The translations under genes were made by a program, and so were the position numbers. This document shows positions 27,050-35,160 of a stretch of 64,000 nucleotides of DNA, piece by piece. The DNA is from Thermoplasmatota archaeon (GTDB lineage: Archaea; Thermoplasmatota; Penumbrarchaeia; Penumbrarchaeales; Penumbrarchaeaceae): NCBI GenBank assembly GCA_965234725.1, contig CBDDUX010000014.1, positions 21,682-85,681 on the forward strand. The letters run 5' to 3'. The notes beneath the pieces were generated by a model. It was not told where the DNA came from. It worked only from the letters and a program-made list of their open reading frames with translations, and ran no database searches. Numbering within the stretch: position 1 is the stretch's first letter; every line of letters starts with the position of its first letter.

Positions 27050-29536
27050 GTGGGGTTGAAGGATCATGGACTCACGGCCCAGGAAGGGATATTGCTTCAC
27101 CTGCTTGACTTCAACAGGTACAGAGATGATGATATCCTCCCGGAATCCGTTACTCAGCCAGGGATAGCAAGAATTCTGGATACCAAAAGGAGCTACATCT
27201 CATTTGTCCTTTCACAGATGCTGAAGAGAAAAATGATAACTTTCAAACTCAGCAGGGTCGAAGGAGGGAGGAGGAAAAAGAAGGTATATTTCCTTGATGA
27301 TGAAGGACTATCAGCTTCCAGGGAGATAAGGACCCTTCTTTCCAGGGAGAATATTTCCTGCAGGAGGGGAGGAAAGGAGTTCCGTGGTGATCTTGAGGAT
27401 GTCTCCAAAGCTACTGGACTTTCCCTTGTTTCCCTTACAGTCATCACAGATCCGGAAAGAACGGTCGATATCGATCAATGGTTCACAGAGAGGACCTCGA
27501 TCAATAATAGTTACAAGTCTCCCCAGGGTCCTCCCTTCTCAGAGAACTTCACTGGGAGGTTAGAGGAGATATCGGCTATCCACTCATGGATCAGAAGCAG
27601 GTCCGGTCTGGCACTGGTAAAAGGTATTGCGGGTACCGGGAAGACCTCACTGGTGGGTAAAGTTATTGCGAAATGTCAGCAACCAGATCTTTCGTTTCTC
27701 TATCTTACCGTGTGTCCTCCGGGAGATGGATCCACCTTGATCAATGATCTGGCTATCCGGATGGATCGGATCGGAAGGTCGTCATTATCAAATCTTCTGA
27801 AGGAAAAAGGTTCCATTACCCTGTCTGAGCTTGAAAGTAACCTTGAGCAGGAATCATCAAGGTCACCATTTCTACTTATCTTGGATGATGTCCACAATCT
27901 CACTACGATCAATAAAGAAAGCCGGATACTGGACGTGCTCCTGAAGATCGCTGATGAAAATTTAAAGGTCCTTCTGATTTCCAGAGAATCCATAGATGTG
28001 GATCCCAGGTCCATTCTTGGACCTACACCCCCTGTTCATATTGAAGTGCGTGGTCTGGAAAAGAATGATGTGATGACCTTGTTCGAGAACGCGGGAATGG
28101 ATTTCAGAGATAATCTTTTCGAGCTAACCGCCGGACATCCACTCTATGTCAATCTGCTGATCCATTACACCTGTAATGAAAGACCATTGGAAGCCCGCAG
28201 GAGTATCAGGGCTTTCATAAGGAAGGAGGTACTGGATTGCTTGAACAGGACAGAAAGGGATATGTTGGACATATTTTCCCTTCTACGTTCTCCGATTTCA
28301 CGGGAGGATCTGTTCGACATGGATGCAGGTGATCTTATGATATCCGAGGCAGGGTTCCAGAGCTTGATGGGAAACGGTATCTTGCAGGGGGATGAACGTG
28401 AATTGTCCGTACATCAGCTGATCGGAGAAATCCTTGTTGAGTTGATGCCACGGGCAAGGGGGATCCAGATCCAGAGGGTGATCTCGGAACATTATAGAGA
28501 GCTGATCGACCTCGAACATGGAATGGACATGTCCGTACCTGAGAGGATCAATTTCCTAAGGGAATACATGCACCATCTATGGGCATGCGGATCCCTTGGT
28601 GAGAGATTATCCGCCCTTTCCGATCTTGGAGAGGAGATGATGAGCAGGTCCCAGACCGATGACCTTGAGAAGTATACAGAAGAGATCCTTGGAAGGATCG
28701 ACCGTTCTAGTGAGATGGATGCACTGGACCCATCCTTAATCACTCGTATCATGATCTTCAATGGGTGGTGTCTATCAGTAAAAGGTGATTGGGAGGGTGC
28801 TTTGAAGATATACAACAAAGCCCGTGAAAAAGCTGACAGGATAGGTGATAGAGATCTTGTGGGAAGATGCCTCAATGCAATAGGTACAATTTACCTAAGA
28901 AGAGGTGAACCGGAGAAAGCCCAAGACCTGATATCCTCTTCCATCGAGATGATGGAAGACAGGTGCAGCCTCTGCAAGGCAAGGTCCAATCTTGCCGTAG
29001 TTCATTGGATGATCGGAAACCTTGACAATGCTCTGGAAGAGGTTGACAGGTCAATGGACCTCGCCATGTTCCTGGATGATGCCATGGGTGTATCCAGAGG
29101 TTTGATCAACAAAGGGATCATACTTGCCCAGATGGATGATCTTGAAGGTTCAAGGTCAGCCTATGAGAGAGCTCTTGCAATATGTGAAAGGGAGGCTTTT
29201 TCCCATACTCTATCCATCGTACATGATAACCTGGGAGAAATCCATAGAGAAAATGGTGATAATGATAGATCCCAGATACATTTCCAAAAGAGCCTGGAAC
29301 TTGCAAGGGGACTAGGGTTCAAATGGCAGATCGCAGAGGCAACCAGGAACCTTGCATCCCTTGAATCCGAAGGACCTGGAAGGATCGGCCTTTTCATGGA
29401 TGCTATCGGGATATTCAGGGACCTTGGAGATCTTCAAGAAGTTGAAAGAACGGAAAAGATGATGAAAGGTATTCCCTCAGTGAAAAGAAAATCGGAAAAA
29501 GGGGGGAATGATATTGATAAGAATTTTCATCGATGA
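27050..29536 (+). CDS. wHTH + STAND-type P-loop ATPase + TPR protein
   Basis: TQPGIARIL HTH, FTGRLEE, GIAGTGKT, LLILDDVH, ISRE, GHPL, C-terminal TPRs. Confidence 0.82.
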   Translation: MGLKDHGLTAQEGILLHLLDFNRYRDDDILPESVTQPGIARILDTKRSYISFVLSQMLKRKMITFKLSRVEGGRRKKKVYFLDDEGLSASREIRTLLSRENISCRRGGKEFRGDLEDVSKATGLSLVSLTVITDPERTVDIDQWFTERTSINNSYKSPQGPPFSENFTGRLEEISAIHSWIRSRSGLALVKGIAGTGKTSLVGKVIAKCQQPDLSFLYLTVCPPGDGSTLINDLAIRMDRIGRSSLSNLLKEKGSITLSELESNLEQESSRSPFLLILDDVHNLTTINKESRILDVLLKIADENLKVLLISRESIDVDPRSILGPTPPVHIEVRGLEKNDVMTLFENAGMDFRDNLFELTAGHPLYVNLLIHYTCNERPLEARRSIRAFIRKEVLDCLNRTERDMLDIFSLLRSPISREDLFDMDAGDLMISEAGFQSLMGNGILQGDERELSVHQLIGEILVELMPRARGIQIQRVISEHYRELIDLEHGMDMSVPERINFLREYMHHLWACGSLGERLSALSDLGEEMMSRSQTDDLEKYTEEILGRIDRSSEMDALDPSLITRIMIFNGWCLSVKGDWEGALKIYNKAREKADRIGDRDLVGRCLNAIGTIYLRRGEPEKAQDLISSSIEMMEDRCSLCKARSNLAVVHWMIGNLDNALEEVDRSMDLAMFLDDAMGVSRGLINKGIILAQMDDLEGSRSAYERALAICEREAFSHTLSIVHDNLGEIHRENGDNDRSQIHFQKSLELARGLGFKWQIAEATRNLASLESEGPGRIGLFMDAIGIFRDLGDLQEVERTEKMMKGIPSVKRKSEKGGNDIDKNFHR

Positions 29537-29561
29537 GAGGAGTAACTAGTGAAAACAAAGA

Positions 29562-29888
29562 TGGTGTGAGGGCTGTGACCTTAGAGTTGTACTAAAATCA
29601 TCGGTAATCCAAACTCTAAGGTCAAGATGAAAAACGGTCAGAATCACCTATCATCATTTTTCATCGAGTGTTAACAATTTAGAGCACCATTTTTCGTATA
29701 GTTTTAAAATTGACGAGAGAAAAATGGTGCGAGGGCTGTGACCTTAGAGTTGTTGTTCAATTGACGATGATCCAAACTCTAAGGTTTAGACCAAAAACGG
29801 TTAACATTTTAGTATCATCATTTTTGGTCGCAATTAATCATTTTCAAGCACCATTTTCTGTATCAATTTAAAATTGACGAGAGAAAAA
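29562..29888. repeat. Two tandem ~164-bp structured units, each bounded by a copy of the tRNA-Leu 3' end
   Basis: TGGTG(C/T)GAGGGCTGTGA at 29562, 29725 and 29889; each unit carries three inverted-repeat stems. Confidence 0.9.
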
Positions 29889-29975
29889 TGGTGCGAGGGC
29901 TGTGATTTGAACACAGGAACCACTAAGGACTAGACCCTCAATCTAGCGCCGTTGACCAAGCTGAGCTACCCTCGC
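29889..29975 (-). tRNA. tRNA-Leu(GAG) with encoded CCA
   Basis: GCGAGGG acceptor stem, CTAGA-TTGAGGG-TCTAG anticodon arm, long variable arm, CTGTG-TTCAAAT-CACAG T-arm, ACCA end. Confidence 0.95.
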
Positions 29976-30210
29976 AATAGTTTGGTGGTCACGACTAGAG
30001 GCAGTCGGGGTTCAGGGCGGATGCATGTGATCGTGAAGTGACCGCCACAGCTTGGTCAACGGCCCGGGAACTTGTTCCCGGATATGACCAAGTTGGGCTA
30101 CCGAAGGTGTCCATTCCGTGAACGCTTTGACCCGTGGTCAAAGAGTTCTGAGCTACCCTCGCAATTGTTTTTGGTGGTCACGACTTGAGGCAGTCGGGTT
30201 CGGGCGGATG
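29961..30210. repeat. ~63-bp direct repeat including the tRNA-Leu 5' end
   Basis: CTGAGCTACCCTCGCAAT...TGGTGGTCACGACT.GAGGCAGTCGGG...GGGCGGATG at 29961-30023 and 30148-30210. Confidence 0.88.
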
Positions 30211-30262
30211 AAATTTGTCCGGAGGTAAGATACCTCCGGTCGGCAGAAAGTCCATTGAATAT

Positions 30263-31132
30263 TTAAGCTTCATCAAGTCCTGATATCTCCTCTCTCAGTT
30301 CCTCGTAGAAATCAGAGAGGTAATTCAGTGCATGATTGAGGGCATCCTTCGCAGTGATGGCGCCATCAGTTTCGAAATTGAATACGAATTTATTTTCCTC
30401 ATGGGATAACTCAACGATCTTCTTCTCAGATCCATCGAGAGCATCCAGAATGGGGGATTCGTAATAGGACGGGTCCTTATCTTCAAGGGGTTTAAGGTCC
30501 TTGACAACTATCTTCCCCTTTTCGATCCCAAGGACCCCTTCTGGGAAGACCTTGATTATGGCCTCAACATCATCGATCCTCACATCGTTATTGATCACGA
30601 GCTTTGGGTAGTTCATGTAGCCACAGATGGTAACCGGCTGCCATTTCGTATGGGTCTTTCCTCTTCCCATGACCGCTGTTGCATAGATCAGCAGGGCCTG
30701 TTTCTCCTTGAGTTTGACAATAGGGATGAGTTCCTCTTTGATCCTCAGGCTCATATCGCCAAGGGGTTGAAGGTCCCCGGAGTAAACTGTACACGGTCCT
30801 TTCTTGTTCATCACATAGATGATGGTGCAGTGAGGGCAGCCAGAGCCACCACATTCACATTTGTCCCTGAAGGTATAATTTTCAAGATCGGTAGGAATGG
30901 GGACCATGCTTAGCCTGTGGGCGATCATCTCATCAAAAAGAGCAGAATTGGAATCATACTCGTTTCCTTCTTCATCTCTGATCGGTCCCATATGGAACTC
31001 CACTTCATCTATTGCCATTTTTGGGACCTCGGATACGAGAGTCCTCCTGATTGTATTGACCACATCAGGTCTCACCTGATCCACAACGAACGAGCATTTC
31101 GTATCGGTGAGTTCCCTTACCTCAAGCTTCAT
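30263..31132 (-). CDS. rpoD: DNA-directed RNA polymerase subunit D (Rpo3)
   Basis: NTIRRTLVSEVPKMAI, SALFDEMIAHRLSMVPI, VYSGDL, GKTHTKWQP, FETDG; GTG at 31138 also possible. Confidence 0.95.
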   Translation of the reverse strand: MKLEVRELTDTKCSFVVDQVRPDVVNTIRRTLVSEVPKMAIDEVEFHMGPIRDEEGNEYDSNSALFDEMIAHRLSMVPIPTDLENYTFRDKCECGGSGCPHCTIIYVMNKKGPCTVYSGDLQPLGDMSLRIKEELIPIVKLKEKQALLIYATAVMGRGKTHTKWQPVTICGYMNYPKLVINNDVRIDDVEAIIKVFPEGVLGIEKGKIVVKDLKPLEDKDPSYYESPILDALDGSEKKIVELSHEENKFVFNFETDGAITAKDALNHALNYLSDFYEELREEISGLDEA

Positions 31133-31147
31133 CCTCACACCTCTGGT

Positions 31148-31534
31148 TCAGACCCTTCTTCCCCTCTTTCCACCCTTGGGTTTTGTCCCGTCGTGTGGAA
31201 TTGGGGTAACATCCTCTATCCTGCCGATCCTCAAACCTGCCCTTGATAGGGACCTTATAACTCCCTGGGCACCAGGTCCCGGTGAGGAGGGTCCATTCCC
31301 TCCCGGGGCTCGGACCTTTATGTGGATATTGGTTATTCCCTTTTCCTTTGCCTTGTCGGCTATGACCTCTCCGGCCCTCATTGCTGCAAATGGTGATGCT
31401 TCGTCCTTCGCAGCCTTTACGACCATGCCGCCAGTAGCCTTTGCAATAGTCTCTGCGCCGGTCAGGTCGGTCAGTGTGATCAGGATATTATTGTAGGAGG
31501 CATAGATATGACAGACTCCCCATTTCTCGGACAT
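31148..31534 (-). CDS. rps11: 30S ribosomal protein uS11
   Basis: [42 protein letters not shown]. Confidence 0.97.
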   Translation of the reverse strand: MSEKWGVCHIYASYNNILITLTDLTGAETIAKATGGMVVKAAKDEASPFAAMRAGEVIADKAKEKGITNIHIKVRAPGGNGPSSPGPGAQGVIRSLSRAGLRIGRIEDVTPIPHDGTKPKGGKRGRRV

Positions 31535-32145
31535 CAGTTCTCACCTCCTTCGGATGAAGGTGCCTCGATGCTGATCTTCTCGGGGACCTGTGAAACGCCT
31601 TCTATTCCCTCGGACTGGATGGATGATTTTGGTCTCATGGGGTGTTCCTCGAATGCAAATGGCGAGGATTCATCATAATTTAATGTCCTCTCATCGAATT
31701 TGGGAACCAGCATTCCAGGAATTGTCGCTCTTCTGTCCTTCAGAATGATATGACCATGTGATATCAACTGTCTTGCCTGTTTTGGAGTCGATGCCAAGCC
31801 CTTTGTGTATACAAGGGTTTGAAGTCTCCTTGAAAGAACGGTCTCGATCTCTATTGCAAGGACATCCTGCAGGGGAGCACCCTCGTTGAGTATGCCCAAT
31901 TTGTAACATCTTTTCAGGAGAAGATCGGCTTCCTTGATGGATTGTTTATTTTCGGTCCTTATATGAGCCTGCAATGTCCTGGCCTGGCCTCTCAGGTCCC
32001 TTAGATAGGACTGTGCCTTCCAGACCTCTTTCTTGTTCTTTAGACCGAACTTGATCATCAGTTCCTTCTCCTCCTTGATCCTCTCTCCCTGCCAGGGGTG
32101 TGAAGGTGTATCATATCTTTTCCTTAATTTCCTTGGATCTCCCAT
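31534..32145 (-). CDS. rps4: 30S ribosomal protein uS4
   Basis: [37 protein letters not shown]. Confidence 0.97.
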   Translation of the reverse strand: MGDPRKLRKRYDTPSHPWQGERIKEEKELMIKFGLKNKKEVWKAQSYLRDLRGQARTLQAHIRTENKQSIKEADLLLKRCYKLGILNEGAPLQDVLAIEIETVLSRRLQTLVYTKGLASTPKQARQLISHGHIILKDRRATIPGMLVPKFDERTLNYDESSPFAFEEHPMRPKSSIQSEGIEGVSQVPEKISIEAPSSEGGEN

Positions 32146-32157
32146 CTTAACACCTCC

Positions 32158-32661
32158 TTACTTCATCGCTTTCTTCCTGGACACGCCGACGGTAGCTCCG
32201 GTCCTTCCGTTGGATCTGGACCTCTGTCCCCTGACCTTCTGGCCAGTTTCATGCCTAATTCCGCGATAGCTCCTTATCTTCCTCAGAAGGTTGATATCTT
32301 CCTTCTCAGCCATGGAAAGTTCCGAAGCTATGGCATGTGTGTCCTCACCTGTTTCCAGGTCCCTCTGTCTGTTGAGAAGCCAGGGCGGGAGAAGAGTAGG
32401 AATATCATCTATGAGCTCTACCAGTTTCTTTACCTCATCATCGGTGAGGTCTCCCATGAGATTGTCCTTGGGGACACCAAGCTCCTTGGTCAGGATGTGT
32501 GAGATCCTGTAATTGATACCTGTAATGGAGGTGATGCCATCAATGATCTTCTTCTCTCCGTTAATATCGGTACCTGCCATACGAACAATGAACTTGAAAT
32601 CAGGACCATGCTCTTTGTCCTGATCCTTGTTCTGACCTTTGCCTTTTTTCTTTTCGGCCAA
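32158..32661 (-). CDS. rps13: 30S ribosomal protein uS13
   Basis: PPWLLNRQRD, IRSYRGIRH, VRGQRSRSNGRTG; TTG start with GGAGG RBS. Confidence 0.96.
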   Translation of the reverse strand: MAEKKKGKGQNKDQDKEHGPDFKFIVRMAGTDINGEKKIIDGITSITGINYRISHILTKELGVPKDNLMGDLTDDEVKKLVELIDDIPTLLPPWLLNRQRDLETGEDTHAIASELSMAEKEDINLLRKIRSYRGIRHETGQKVRGQRSRSNGRTGATVGVSRKKAMK

Positions 32662-32674
32662 GTTAATCCCTCCA

Positions 32675-32760
32675 GAAGCAGCCAGTCATCGCAGGGATGC
32701 TTTGAACCGGCCCGCAATTTGAGATTTTGCGGCGGCCAGATGATATCTGGCTTTGGCTTC
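32675..32760 (-). promoter_or_regulatory. Structured 5' leader of the rps13 operon (four-way junction)
   Basis: A closing GAAGC/GCTTC stem encloses three hairpins; lies between a TATA-like element (~32785-32792) and the RBS. Confidence 0.5.
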
Positions 32761-32894
32761 AGGTTCCTCCCGATATTAGTTCTTATTTATATCCCTTTCC
32801 ATTTAAAGGGCAGGTCATTCCCACTTACGCTAATATTGTAAGATTCCAACTACAAAGATAAATATATCGGTGATGTCTGGTGGCAGTTTGATGA

Positions 32895-33332
32895 ATGATG
32901 GGAATTATAACTTTGGCCGGTAGAGCACTTGCAAAGGAGGGCGTAATCTTCAGATATACTGGTCCAGCAGAAGAATGCACGGATTGCGGATTAAAAGCTG
33001 TCTGCCATAAATTGACACCCGGAAGGAAGTACAAGGTTGTCTCCGTGCGTGATGTGGAACATGCTTGTAAGGTCCATGAAGGGGATAAGGTAAGGGTTGT
33101 TGAGGTAGTGGAACTCCCGATCGAATTGTCGATCCCGAGCAGAAAGGCCCTTGAAGCGGCACTTGTCGTGCTTGACGAACCGGATTGTCCAAGGAAGTGG
33201 TGTCCAAATCATATCCTTTGTACCATCCCTTCCGGATTGAAGGGGAGAAAAGTTGCAATTAAGGAGATAGGGGCCATTGTTGATTGTCCCAGGGGTTTAA
33301 AGCTCAAGAGAGCGATCGTGGAGCCACACTGA
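32895..33332 (+). CDS. UPF0179 family protein
   Basis: ITLAG..LA..G..F.Y.G, CxxC-L-K-x-x-C, YKVVSVR, C..HEG..V.VVEV. Confidence 0.85.
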   Translation: MMGIITLAGRALAKEGVIFRYTGPAEECTDCGLKAVCHKLTPGRKYKVVSVRDVEHACKVHEGDKVRVVEVVELPIELSIPSRKALEAALVVLDEPDCPRKWCPNHILCTIPSGLKGRKVAIKEIGAIVDCPRGLKLKRAIVEPH

Positions 33333-33348
33333 ACAGACCGGTGATCTT

Positions 33349-34623
33349 ATGGGTTCGGAAATACCTGGATTGTACAAATTGAGTTTGAAGGATAGAATAG
33401 ATCAAGTAGCCAGATCATCAGAATTAACTTCCGATGACCTTGAAGGCTTTGCGACAGGATCATCGAACATGCCATTACTGGATGGTATGATCGAGAATGT
33501 TGTAGGTGTTTTCGAACTTCCAGTAGGTATAGCGACGAATTTCATGATCAATGGTATTGAAAGGCTTGTACCCATGGCAATTGAGGAACCATCAGTTGTT
33601 GCTGCAGCATCGAAAGCAGCCAAACTTGCCAGGGAAATGGGGGGTTTCACCTGTTCAACCACCGATCCTGTAATGATCGGCCAGGTTCAGCTCGTAAACA
33701 TCGATGACCCTGATCATGCGATGAATATCCTGAAGGGAGCAAAGGAAGGTCTCATTGATATCGCCAACTCAAAGGATCCCATGCTTCTGAGATTGGGTGG
33801 AGGATGCAGGGATATCGAGATCCGGAGACTTGATGGCGAAATGGGTCCCATGATCATACTACATCTTCTTGTTGACTGCCGGGACGCAATGGGAGCAAAT
33901 GCAGTTAATACGATGGCAGAAGCCGTTGCACCTGAAGTGGAGAGGCTGACAGGTGGAAACGTGGTTCTAAGGATAATCTCGAATCTGGCAGTTCACAGAC
34001 TTGCCAGAGCCAGCGCCGTCTTTTCGAAGAAGGACCTTGGAGGGGATGATGGTGTTGAACTAATACTTTGGGCACAGTCAATGGCAAAGTTGGATCCATT
34101 CAGGGCGGCCACCCATAATAAAGGGGTCATGAATGGTGTTTCTTCTGTTGTAAGGGTTACAGGTAATGATACAAGAGCGGTTGAAGCGGGAGTCCATGCA
34201 TATGCCTCCTTTGGCAGGACCTATGGACCCGTGACAGATTATTCCCGGGATAGGGAAGGAAATCTTGTAGGTAAGATCGAGATCCCGGTCCCGATCGGAT
34301 TGGTGGGCGGAGCAACAAGGGTCCATCCGGCTGCCCAGGCAGCGATCAAGGTCATGGGAATAAAAACGGCTTCGGAACTTGGAGAAGTACTGGCAGCTGT
34401 CGGACTTGCACAGAATCTGGCTGCCCTAAGGGCTCTTTCTCAGGAGGGGATCCAGAGAGGACATATGAAACTGCATGCCAGGAACCTGGCGATCCAGGCA
34501 GGTGCTGCTGGTGAAGAGGCCGAACAGGTGGTTCTAATGATGATCGGTTCTGGGACGATAACTGCATCTTCAGCTGTGGATATCCTTGAAAGTATCAGGA
34601 ACAAGGAGACACAGAAACCTTAA
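33349..34623 (+). CDS. mvaA: Class II hydroxymethylglutaryl-CoA reductase
   Basis: MIENVVG, PMAIEEPSVVAAAS, DAMGANAVNTMAE, RAATHNKG, GNDTRAVEAG, EGIQRGHMKLH. Confidence 0.95.
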   Translation: MGSEIPGLYKLSLKDRIDQVARSSELTSDDLEGFATGSSNMPLLDGMIENVVGVFELPVGIATNFMINGIERLVPMAIEEPSVVAAASKAAKLAREMGGFTCSTTDPVMIGQVQLVNIDDPDHAMNILKGAKEGLIDIANSKDPMLLRLGGGCRDIEIRRLDGEMGPMIILHLLVDCRDAMGANAVNTMAEAVAPEVERLTGGNVVLRIISNLAVHRLARASAVFSKKDLGGDDGVELILWAQSMAKLDPFRAATHNKGVMNGVSSVVRVTGNDTRAVEAGVHAYASFGRTYGPVTDYSRDREGNLVGKIEIPVPIGLVGGATRVHPAAQAAIKVMGIKTASELGEVLAAVGLAQNLAALRALSQEGIQRGHMKLHARNLAIQAGAAGEEAEQVVLMMIGSGTITASSAVDILESIRNKETQKP

Positions 34624-34658
34624 CTATCGAGCATCGACTTCAAGTTAGAGGTGAGGCA

Positions 34659-35141
34659 ATGGAGATCCAAAGTATCGCTGTGGAGAAACCTGACGATATC
34701 AACTTCATTTTAGGACAATCACATTTCATCAAGACCGTTGAGGATATCTACGAGGCAATGGTGAACACCAATCCGGATCTAAAGTTCGGCATAGCATTTT
34801 GCGAAGCTTCCATGAAATGCCTGGTCAGATGGACCGGTAATGATGAAGAAATGATCGAACTGGCAAAAAGGAATGCTAGTAATATCGGAGCCGGTCATTC
34901 GTTCATTGTCTTCATGAAGAACGGTTTCCCGATCAACGTCCTCCAGAGGATCAAATCTGTACCGGAAGTGTGTAGGATATTCTGTGCCACTGCAAATCCA
35001 ACAGATGTCCTTATAGCTGAGAATGAGAGGGGAAGAGGAATAATGGGTGTAATAGATGGAAACAAACCCCTCGGTGTAGAGGGACCCGAGGATCAGGAAT
35101 GGAGAAGGGACTTCCTCAGGAAGATAGGTTATAAACAGTAA
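34659..35141 (+). CDS. Adenosine-specific kinase family (DUF355)
   Basis: GQSHFIKTVED, FGIAFCEAS, IGAGHSF, FPINVL, CATANP, GRGIMGVIDG. Confidence 0.9.
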   Translation: MEIQSIAVEKPDDINFILGQSHFIKTVEDIYEAMVNTNPDLKFGIAFCEASMKCLVRWTGNDEEMIELAKRNASNIGAGHSFIVFMKNGFPINVLQRIKSVPEVCRIFCATANPTDVLIAENERGRGIMGVIDGNKPLGVEGPEDQEWRRDFLRKIGYKQ

Positions 35142-35160
35142 TATTGAAAGGATTGGTCCC

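Noticed and set aside
29562-29578. Boundary of a large integrated island extending leftwards
   Set aside because: No integrase and no further tRNA-end copy were noticed to the left (by eye only), and the genes there look chromosomal
29626-29665. Box C/D-like motif (ATGATGA...CTGA on the minus strand) inside stem 2
   Set aside because: The C-like motif is present in both units, but the D-like CTGA is TTAA in the second unit, so it is not supported as a C/D sRNA
29562-29905. Repeat region as a CRISPR or TIGR array
   Set aside because: The inter-repeat segments are ~146 nt and homologous to each other, the repeat is a tRNA end, and no cas or Nop-domain gene was recognised nearby
32675-32775. 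tRNA gene upstream of rps13
   Set aside because: A GGTTCAAA stretch is present, but there is no canonical acceptor stem, D-loop or anticodon arm; treated as a leader RNA instead
33349-34623. Bacterial-type class II HMG-CoA reductase as a novelty
   Set aside because: Already established in Thermoplasmatales and Archaeoglobales
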